Shown: in pieces, positions 34,601 through 41,905 of the stretch
Layout of the letters: each line of letters begins with the position of its first letter
How positions within the stretch are numbered: position 1 is the stretch's first letter
NCBI GenBank assembly: GCA_001687465.1
Contig: LVLI01000208.1
Coordinates: 124,001-165,905, forward strand
Length of the DNA: 41,905 nt
Reading direction: 5' to 3'
Source: Halocafeteria seosinensis
Lineage: Eukaryota
Position numbers and translations under genes: made by a program
The notes under the pieces: model-generated
The model's database searches: none
What the model was told of the DNA's origin: nothing
Seen by the model: only the letters and a program-made list of their open reading frames with translations

Positions 34601-36329
34601 CCCACCTGAGATTCCTGAAGACGAGCAGTCATTGAACGTGTTACAGTTTCCTTCTTATTTGCGTAATTCATGCTCCCTAGCGATGCTCACACTAGCGAAA
34701 ATGATGAAGCAAATATCTATCTCCGGCACACACACGCTGGTCATGTTGTTCGCCAGCGGTGCGTTGCCCGCAGATTTTGTTCTGGCTGCAGAATTTGTTA
34801 GACAGCCCCGTCCATCTATCCGAAGATGGAGACGAGAGAGCACTATGTCACCAAACAGTTACGAAGAAGAGGCTCAACCAATTCACGAGGACAACATGGG
34901 GGCGTTATTTAAAGCGAATTCGACTGGAGAAAGACGCCAGAGTGAAACGGTATCGGAAGTCGATACCGATCCTCAAACCAGGTTTATAGCAGGAGCACTG
35001 GTTATTGCGGATGCAGCAGTGAGGGTATTAGGTTCCAGGAAAATGCCACAGAGAGTTGTGGATGCTGCTGGTAGCGTGCTCTACAAGCTATGTTTAAGTC
35101 GCCGAATGCGAGAAGCGCTCGCCGTGATGAACTTCTGCTCGATAGATGCCCTAGCTCCCCAATTACAACATCGTCGATGCTCGCTCCAAACAAGGAAAAA
35201 CATTGCTCATATTCTATTCCTGCTATCGACCGTAAATGAAGATATCTGCGATTTTATTCTGGTGGATAAAGAAATCCAATTTGGTTTAACGGACTCAATA
35301 AGAGTCTGCCGCGACAATGCGCCAGCACAGCTCCCACTCTTGCGATTGATCTCACGTGCCAGCGAGGGGGCATCTACAGACGTTAAGATTCCTGAAGCTT
35401 TCGCAAAATCTATATATAGCAGCTGCGTACCGATTCTTTACCGTGAACACCCATCGTCGATTAGGTATCAAGTAGTAGAGGAACTGCTACAGTCCCTTGC
35501 GCAGAGAGTTCCCGATGGCATCCGATCCCAAATTAAAGCGGAAGCGACACAGATGCGGGAATCAATACTCGAAGCAGAACTATCGATGGCTCAAGGGAGA
35601 CAACTGGAGACAACTACACGAGATTCCAGAGTGTCTCCTCAAAGTATGGAATCCCCTCGCAATACTATGAGCAGCCAAGCCAGTGCCTTTACGAGTGGTT
35701 CTTTAGAGAAGGGGGGAAGAGATAACCAAGTATCCGAACGAGCTGAGGCGCGGTCTTCGGTGGGCACCTCTAAGAAGACCCTACCAAAATTGGTGACGTC
35801 TCCCCCGGACGAAGATACCAAGCAATCGTACGGGATTGTTTCACCAGCATCCGCATCTTGGCAACGAGAGAGAAGGTCCTCTATTGGAAGTGTCGCAAGC
35901 GGCCAGCAGACATACTTGTCCTCCCTATCGAAGCCCCCAACACATAGCAACAGTCCACGAAAGAATCGATCCGCTGGACCTTCATCTACAACTGCTGTTA
36001 CACAAAAGAAGTTTTGGCACGAGTACGATCAAGCACCGGCTTATTCTCCGGTAAACAAGTCGACCGGACCAATCCAGTTACCTAGCATTGTTTCCCCCCT
36101 GTCTTCTCAGAACGGTGGATCGACCACGTCTCCTTTGAAGAATTTGTGGCACGGAACTACTTCTAAGTCTCGTGAAACCCCACGTAAAGCATCTCCACAA
36201 AACCGCACCCTGATTATGCACGAATTCAAGCCATCCCACGAGAAAATCCCGGATGAAGTGACGCAGACCCTGACACTCCATGAAGGTCTTCCGAGTCTTC
36301 CTGAACATGTTACTGAGCAACCTTGGTAA
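31689..36329 (+). CDS. 1546-aa intronless protein with ARM-like helical segments, Ser-rich disordered inserts and a possible N-myristoylation site
   Basis: Long uninterrupted ORF starting MGNS. ARM-like GIVNLIDLMRSGSLPQRDNSCVTLLSLL and SIDALAPQLQ...TRKNIAHILFLL. Possible 5'UTR intron 31436-31524. Confidence 0.8.
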   Translation: MGNSVNRLKDKLSSSEFGTSDKHTAKAIRDVRRASADGRISYADLADSKGIVNLIDLMRSGSLPQRDNSCVTLLSLLRNTQESDDDADDSREKGNIRLVVEQAIQNGILRATVQSMRDVVSFLTAVPSFIQFERSNLAAASEGTGSKNSSGSRSNESYDSFRKQPRRYSLGDERLIQSQDTKLVSTLKEDWGSETRPGNGRDNYLAPAIGATHEKKTSNDVPDSPRSRSSAPAEFSRKSVLSAESVSSAKASEHLENASGLLILVLKYSDTHWWRRSLRGKNIGLLLRWIILYHERSRLVFNAFTLLEIIFSSNAADSFLVDSKKMFFSEFTVSLKRLLCIEFDHSRIDSPADEARPEGETLDSEAIVDCVTSVKKALLLISNYFCPEVSTADDILSTNVIGLLLAIVRDSLIYLEVMQFEDGIAPICSRSCAICQSRQLIEDEDLDERMRSLLEDLVIASLHCICVLLPVNRRSVFLSSCDDNSLSALVGKANRDVCCGLTSLIAALIGLYDEATIESPMADLITLQKQEVKETLDRSRPEMGFGPMKSVIVHAPPLVCFRHLNEGSKKLPNRREIPSVEGVSDPSTIEGVDEEIPDSAFASTSQKKSDLHTRISPSNLSRILEVLHVFSAYGDDSVIKNLWDAGMDVALQCILADHMRHMVLWYHEAISDVNGSFGNNNSPSPFWKPKRSSAGSSSPREVKERRLTYAPRHLPQQGAMRKRHSGGAILSEASHSLNNTGVSKSSVASPNESRWLIYHVAEEIRKSMPTQLSEEQCAESMMALNIALHMTTWRHKESKHTYGATIQLDDKPPGTFFSKFPKNTCVYVPVMPKGMLANIVRFVALLRESLPAPPENRHLRQSHASFHGKSFKRQYHSEGDVGSLSRRESSRHQDSQIPLAVKTYTENKQTATITQSFTFDREVNPLSKPSGLSSMESNFSRRRHRSLSFVLRANSVTPLKPNAVNVENVENPPEIPEDEQSLNVLQFPSYLRNSCSLAMLTLAKMMKQISISGTHTLVMLFASGALPADFVLAAEFVRQPRPSIRRWRRESTMSPNSYEEEAQPIHEDNMGALFKANSTGERRQSETVSEVDTDPQTRFIAGALVIADAAVRVLGSRKMPQRVVDAAGSVLYKLCLSRRMREALAVMNFCSIDALAPQLQHRRCSLQTRKNIAHILFLLSTVNEDICDFILVDKEIQFGLTDSIRVCRDNAPAQLPLLRLISRASEGASTDVKIPEAFAKSIYSSCVPILYREHPSSIRYQVVEELLQSLAQRVPDGIRSQIKAEATQMRESILEAELSMAQGRQLETTTRDSRVSPQSMESPRNTMSSQASAFTSGSLEKGGRDNQVSERAEARSSVGTSKKTLPKLVTSPPDEDTKQSYGIVSPASASWQRERRSSIGSVASGQQTYLSSLSKPPTHSNSPRKNRSAGPSSTTAVTQKKFWHEYDQAPAYSPVNKSTGPIQLPSIVSPLSSQNGGSTTSPLKNLWHGTTSKSRETPRKASPQNRTLIMHEFKPSHEKIPDEVTQTLTLHEGLPSLPEHVTEQPW

Positions 36330-36521
36330 CCCGGCCTTGTTCGTAAATATACCTCTAAACCTGGTTAGATGTACTCAATCAAATTCGTAGAGTCGATTCT
36401 CGGGATTTCTATCTCTTCCCTCGACTCCTCAGGAATACTTCCTGACAAGTCTTAACAATAGCTTTAAAATCCTTACACATTTCATATATCTTCTTCAGCA
36501 GTGTACAGCCAAAGTGAATCC

Positions 36522-36908
36522 TCAGTTGTGTCGAAAGTATTTCATTGCAAGCCAATTAAAGTAAACCGCAGCAAGAGTCACCGGAATCAGCATGGGAATC
36601 AAAAGGCTGTAGTAATAGTCTTTACGGACGCATTCCATGGGTGATTTTCCACAATTCCCAGTCGGAGGCAGGAATTTAGATCCCACGATCATGAACCTGT
36701 GGAACACGTACGGGAACATATGAGCATATGGATAGATGCTACAGACAATAATAAATCTGATGGTGGTATTGAATAGAACGTACATGGTCCATGTAAAGAA
36801 TGAGAGGCCTCCAAAAATAAGAGAGACCCCGTTGAAGATCAGGGTCCAGTCTCTTTGACCACCTTTTCCCCCTGTATTACACCGCCTACTTCCATTGGGT
36901 TGATACAT
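36522..36908 (-). CDS. PIGY: GPI-GlcNAc transferase subunit Y
   Basis: Exons 36908-36784 and 36696-36522. SKFLPPTGN...DYYYSLLIPMLIPVT...YFNWLAMKYFRHN C-terminus typical of PIG-Y/Eri1. Confidence 0.88.
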   Translation of the reverse strand: MYQPNGSRRCNTGGKGGQRDWTLIFNGVSLIFGGLSFFTWTMYVLFNTTIRFIIVCSIYPYAHMFPYVFHRFMIVGSKFLPPTGNCGKSPMECVRKDYYYSLLIPMLIPVTLAAVYFNWLAMKYFRHN

Positions 36909-36941
36909 AGTCCTATAGAGTGACCTTTGGATAATACTGAA

Positions 36942-37986
36942 ATGATGATGGCATCATTAACAATACCACGCATGGCATCGTATATGGTTCGGAGGGTGCC
37001 GAGTCCGGCTCTCTCGGCGTCGTTTCGAGGCCATGAAGGAGGTTTACGGTGCTTTTCCACAGTTATAGAGACCCCTCGTACAGGATCCATGGTGAGTACG
37101 AGTGCCCAAGAGCGTCAACGAGAGCAGGAGGAGAAAGAGAGACAGAAAAGAGAGCAAGAAGCTGGAGACGACAGTGGCCATTCGGACTGGTTTTACGTCT
37201 TTTGGTCCGGATTAGGTTTATTACTCTTAGGAGGCCCAAGTTTCGGCATCTACCAACTGAGATACGAGCGTGAAGTGCGGGACTGGGCCGAGGAACGCGC
37301 TCCGTGGCTGATCGAAAGGATCCAACCGTACTTGGACTTGTACCCCGATGTGGACCCTCATTATCGAGATGTAGAGCGATGCAATACAGGTAAGTCATAG
37401 AGTATGGAATGCTACGCCAAGATGTATGTACACCCTGTTTTCTTCCGATGGTCGATTGGACGCAGAGGAGACGCTGCAGCTGGTGTTTGCCAACGGAGAG
37501 ACGCAAGAAGTTAGAACTGAACCGCATCAAACTTTAGAAGAACTATCGGAACGATTTGCACAGGAACACCCTGGGCAGAGCATTGAAAAAATCATGGTGA
37601 AGGAAGATCGTAAGCTTTATCGTGTTTATTAATGCGTGAGAAAAAGCGCCGTGTATTTATACCCGTTCTTGTTGTATGCAGAAAAGAACCCGAACCTTCA
37701 GCCGCTGTCACCGCTCGCCATACATCATGTGACCGAGGAACAGCTTGAGCAAACTAGGCAATCTCTGGAAGACGTAAAGCAATCAAAGGAAAAACTGCGG
37801 GAAAAGTACCTCAATGGCCGATTGAGTAAGATAGAAAAAGCAATGGCTAGAGATCTGATGTATCAGTATGAACAACAGCGGGAAGCCCTTGGCGCCCAGC
37901 TGCAACAAATGGAGCACCAGTGGAAAGCTCAACAGAGGCAGAATGCTAGGAACAAATCAGTTTTTCGACGTATGGTAGGACTCTGA
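36942..37986 (+). CDS. probable mitochondrial single-TM protein with C-terminal coiled coil; function unknown
   Basis: Exons 36942-37389, 37466-37609, 37682-37986 join in frame. R/S-rich presequence ending LRCFST; TM WFYVFWSGLGLLLLGGPSFGIY. Start could instead be 36972. Confidence 0.75.
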
Positions 37987-37995
37987 GAAGGCTAT

Positions 37996-39059
37996 CTATT
38001 TTGTCATTGAATCGATCAGGGAGTCGGTTTGGGGATAAAGCTCATACATCTTCGCACGAAAGAACTCTGGAGGTAACGACGCGAATGTACCATAGTCTTC
38101 CACAAGCTGCAGAAAACATAGCGAAGAGCGGAAAATGAAGTGTCTTTGAAGGGAAGAACGTTGACTCCTTGAAGTACTTACCTCATGAAGAGGCCTTCCT
38201 TGTGTGTCGTGCGTATGAAGTGATGCGTCTTCCGCTGCGGTGAATTCCAATGGAATCATTCTGAACCGTGTGCACATCTCCTTGTTGTAGATGGGAGCAA
38301 CCTTGAGCCAACGTCCCCCATCCTTGGCAAGTTTATCGTCTATCCATACCGTTGCATAACTATGAAAATATAGATCGGTCATCAGCATGTCTCTTAATTT
38401 CTTTCCTGGCCGGTGGTTCCTTAACAAACAAAATCCTATTCTACTAGGAATGTTTGCGGCTTGTAATAATGATGAAAACAATATTGACTTGGGAACGCAG
38501 AATGCGCCTTGGCGTTTGCTGTGCTCCAGGATGTGGGAGGGGCTATACCTATTCCACTTGAACTTGTAGTGAGTGTAAAAGGAGAAGGGATCATATCGAA
38601 TAGCATCCCTGACGAAATAGAAGACAATACACGCATAGGCTGCCTTCTTGTCTTTCGGGAATGTACTTCTGATCACCTCCTCCGTTGGTGTTGTTTGCTG
38701 AATCCGGTCGACCCAAAAATTGTAGGAATCCTCCATGATAGTCTTTTTTCCTCGCTCCTGAATACGGTGGATATGTCCCTTACCCTTAGGTAATACTCGA
38801 GCGAAACAATGACAAATATACATCCATTCACGAGACAACTTACCAAGTGAGGGAAGACGTCTTCCAGTTTCTGCTCCAGTAGTCGAGCCAATCGTTCTAT
38901 ATGTTCATCCTTATCGACGTAGTCGAGAGGGTTGCCTAAAGGAGGCACGAGAGTGGTGTCATCGGGGCTCTTTGTCGTTAAACTACGAGAGAATGAAGGA
39001 GAATAAAGCCTAAGTGTCCGCAAAGCGGGCAAAACACTGGGACGGAGATACCTTTTCAT
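37996..39059 (-). CDS. transglutaminase-like (COG1305-type) protein with predicted mitochondrial presequence
   Basis: Exons 39059-38844, 38757-38182, 38106-37996. FYFVRDAIRYDP, GAFCVPKSILF, IPSRIGF, RNH, FHSYATVW, GRWLKVAP, PLEF. Confidence 0.85.
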
Positions 39060-39900
39060 GTTTGTTTATTGCTCTCCGGTACTTACCGCTACTGGGAACG
39101 CTCGCTCCTGTCTGCACTACTATTCTATCAATGCACCTTCATGCGGTATACAAAAAATTACAATCCCTATTTGAGGAATTACATGTTATCGACTCTTGTG
39201 GAGATTTTTTCCGGTAGTGCCGTTGGACAAGTTCAATTTGGAACACTCGGACTATAGTCTACAGCGTCTCCCGATGATTCATGGACTTGTACGCGGAATA
39301 TTGTACAGAAGATAGATTACATCAATAAATGGGATGAACTCGCTAGAAAACACGTATCATGATCGGTGTCTCTACCTGTATTCCAGCACAGTTGAATAAC
39401 GGCTTCATACGATTCCCGAACGGCGCTCACAAGGGCAATTTACATACCGGTACTTGAAATCGCATCTTGGAAAGGTCTCCAAGTAATCCAGGTCTGAGAA
39501 CAGCAGATCCGCGAAATACATTTGATCACTTGAAACCTCTGTGGGAATCTGGAAATTCATAAGCTCCAAAACTTCATACATGTACATTGTACAGTGTAGT
39601 GTCCAAATCAAATGTAACACCTTAGAGGTGATCGCATTTCCATACCTCTTTTGCTATTTTTGACTCGCAATGTATGTAACTCTTTTCCAAAGTGGCAAGG
39701 TTATTCATCCACGCGGTGACTCACTTCTCCACGTCAGATTCAGACATCCGTAGCCTACGTAGGGTTGTCGCAACTTCAAACGACTTCAGAACAGGGCTCT
39801 GGTTAAGTTTTCGGTCTCTCTCGTTTCGTATGTAGGTTAATTCCGTGCAAGCATTGTTGTTAGTGTATGTCCAGTTGTAGGGGTAGTGTTTAGTGAGAGA

Positions 39901-41244
39901 ATGGAGCCGAAAATGGAGGCACATGTGAGTGGCAATGGCAGTCGTTCCTACCCTCAGGACGGCTTCAGACAAGCTATACACGACGATGATAGCTCCACAG
40001 CCCCTTCTTGCTCCACTAACTTCCGTCATACAGTCTCCATTAGTAGCGAGGAAGGGTCTAGGACGCCCGAAGGCCGGAAATGTGGTGTGAAAGAGACCAT
40101 ACACCACCCTCCGGATGTGTTATGGTCCTCTCGTTCTTGTCGAAGGAAGTCGTATACACACGCATACGGATTCTGGGAGCATTGCCGGCGTATGTTCGGT
40201 ATCGATACTACTTGTACGAACGGACTCAATAGATCGGAACTCCTGCTGAGGAGAGCAGAGAATGAGCGCCGTAGTACGAATATCTGGAGCGATATGAACA
40301 CCAGAGCCTATTATACGTCTCCCGAAGAGGACAATCCTGACCATTCGACGTATCACACAGAATCGCCTGTGAGGGCAATCGTTAGCAAAGAGTGGGCGTC
40401 TCTTTCTGAATTCTGTAACGGAGCGGCGGCGTCGTTTGTCAATATCGTGATCACGTTTCCGGCCAACAAACTCATGTTCCGGCAACAGGTAGAAGGATTG
40501 ACAGCGTTAGAAGCTTTGCAATCGATGAAAATGGATGGCATTACGAGATTGTATCGGGGAATAGGACCTCCTCTTTTGCAGAGGAGTGTGTCCATGTCCC
40601 TAATGTTTGGACTTTATGACCAATACTATCGCTATCTGAAACGGCACGAGATCTTAACTTCTCATTACGGTGTGTCCACTGTGGCCGCACTCTTGGCTGG
40701 TTCGACTGAAGCGATGCTATGCCCCTTTGAAAGGATACAGACAATATTGCAGCACAGGAATTTCACGCACGAGTTCGGAAATACGATCGACGTAGCCAAG
40801 AAGCTGTATCCCTACGGATTCAAAGAGTATTATCGGGGGCTCTCAGCGATTTTGCTTAGGAATGGACCTTCTAATGTCCTTTTCTTTACTTTGCGGAAAC
40901 CTCTTCGTGATTTACTACCCCCTGCTGAAGAAAACAGAGTTGTTTGGAACATGAGTCGCGACTTTTTCAGCGGGGCGATGCTAGGAGCTTTGCTATCCAC
41001 GACCTTTTTTCCCTTGAACGTGGTGAAAACAGTGATGCAAGCTCGATACAATGAGCCATATAAGGGAGTTATACACACTCTTAAGAGAACAGTACACGAG
41101 CGTAATGGCGTCAGTGGTCTGTTTCGTGGTGTACATATAAATTTTACCCGCTCGTTACTATCTTGGGGTATTATCAACAGCAGCTACGAGTTCTTCCGAG
41201 AGAACAACACCTTCGGATTTGACAGGAAAACAGAACAGTTTTAG
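39901..41244 (+). CDS. SLC25A51: mitochondrial carrier, SLC25A51/MCART1 (NAD+ transporter)-like; intronless
   Basis: ITFPANKLMFRQQ, LYRGIGPPLLQ, LMFGLY, AGSTEAMLCPFERIQT, YYRGL..ILLRNGPSNVLFF, FFPLNVVKT, RSLLSWGIINSSYE match the SLC25A51 signature. Start is 39901 or a downstream ATG such as 40294. Confidence 0.88.
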   Translation: MEPKMEAHVSGNGSRSYPQDGFRQAIHDDDSSTAPSCSTNFRHTVSISSEEGSRTPEGRKCGVKETIHHPPDVLWSSRSCRRKSYTHAYGFWEHCRRMFGIDTTCTNGLNRSELLLRRAENERRSTNIWSDMNTRAYYTSPEEDNPDHSTYHTESPVRAIVSKEWASLSEFCNGAAASFVNIVITFPANKLMFRQQVEGLTALEALQSMKMDGITRLYRGIGPPLLQRSVSMSLMFGLYDQYYRYLKRHEILTSHYGVSTVAALLAGSTEAMLCPFERIQTILQHRNFTHEFGNTIDVAKKLYPYGFKEYYRGLSAILLRNGPSNVLFFTLRKPLRDLLPPAEENRVVWNMSRDFFSGAMLGALLSTTFFPLNVVKTVMQARYNEPYKGVIHTLKRTVHERNGVSGLFRGVHINFTRSLLSWGIINSSYEFFRENNTFGFDRKTEQF

Positions 41245-41671
41245 TCAGTTTGGTATTGTGACAACGGTGCCCGAATGAGCTCTAGCTTATCTGGGTCTGG
41301 CTGTTAAATGAATTGTGTTTTTGAATTGGAATCATCTGTGTTGTGACTGAATAGACAACTTGCTATCAAAAGTTTCCTCCTAGTTCTTTCTCGGTAGAAA
41401 ACTTGTAGTCATGGAATCGCTCCTACGCAACTTGCCATACTGTTCTCCTGAAATTCTTGTGGACCTGAGGTCCCTAAAGTCTGGGGTCCTCGGGCCCCAA
41501 AGCTACTTTCGATCCTTCTGTCTCAAGTGAAAGGAAAGATTAACTTCTCAGTTGAAAGGGATTTATAACGCCTGTAGAACCTGTGTATAGAGCGGTTCGA
41601 GAATACAACCTCCTCCAATACCTTCTATGGTATCTTTATGACCCTTATACACCGTTGTTTGTGAAGAAAGA

Positions 41672-41905
41672 ATGGCAACTGGAGCACCAGGAGGTGGTGG
41701 GTACCCCTCCATTGTAAGGCTATTATACGTGTTTTCCCTGTTATTCTGAGTCCATTTCATGTCATTTTCAATGTGTCCGATGCAGCATGTGCAACCTGAA
41801 AACATCCAGTTCATTTTGAATCGAAATGCGCAAGTGATCAGGGAATGGGTGGAACTCAACAACATGAAAGCTGCCGGCCAAGTGACCGCTGAAATAGAAC
41901 AAAGG
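41672..41905 (+). CDS. 5' part of a gene with an SS18/SSXT (SNH)-like N-terminal helix; runs off the window
   Basis: Exon 41672-41713, intron 41714-41785 (gtaagg...tgcag), exon from 41786 gives MATGAPGGGGYPSI-HVQPENIQFILNRNAQVIREWVELNN, similar to the SNH pattern xTxxxIQxxLDENxxLI. Absent from the ORF track. Confidence 0.55.

Noticed and set aside
41563..41865. 100-aa minus-strand ORF
   Set aside because: Better explained as antisense to the spliced plus-strand gene starting at 41672.

Overview
Gene-dense eukaryotic nuclear DNA from a compact genome, probably a protist (lineage not determinable by eye). It has short GT-AG introns (mostly 51-87 nt) and about 17 protein-coding genes, most split across several ORFs of the supplied track; I rebuilt their exon structures by hand. 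Recognisable genes: CTDSPL2-type phosphatase, UBAC2-like rhomboid pseudoprotease, a divergent Rab GTPase, YME1L/FtsH4 i-AAA protease, a MycE-type SAM methyltransferase with a membrane anchor, NDUFA5, Rab geranylgeranyltransferase alpha, an ARM-like protein, PIG-Y, a bacterial-type transglutaminase-like protein with a mitochondrial presequence, an SLC25A51-like carrier, and a partial SS18/SSXT-like gene. The standout is a ~3216-aa myosin whose tail, between a single IQ motif and a FERM-less MyTH4 domain, is built from 13 tandem copies of a ~104-110-aa repeat that I cannot assign to a known family. Several structured non-coding segments are ncRNA candidates, most notably a 259-nt intron of NDUFA5. 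No rRNA, tRNA, CRISPR or recognisable transposon was seen. All family calls come from motif recognition, not database searches.
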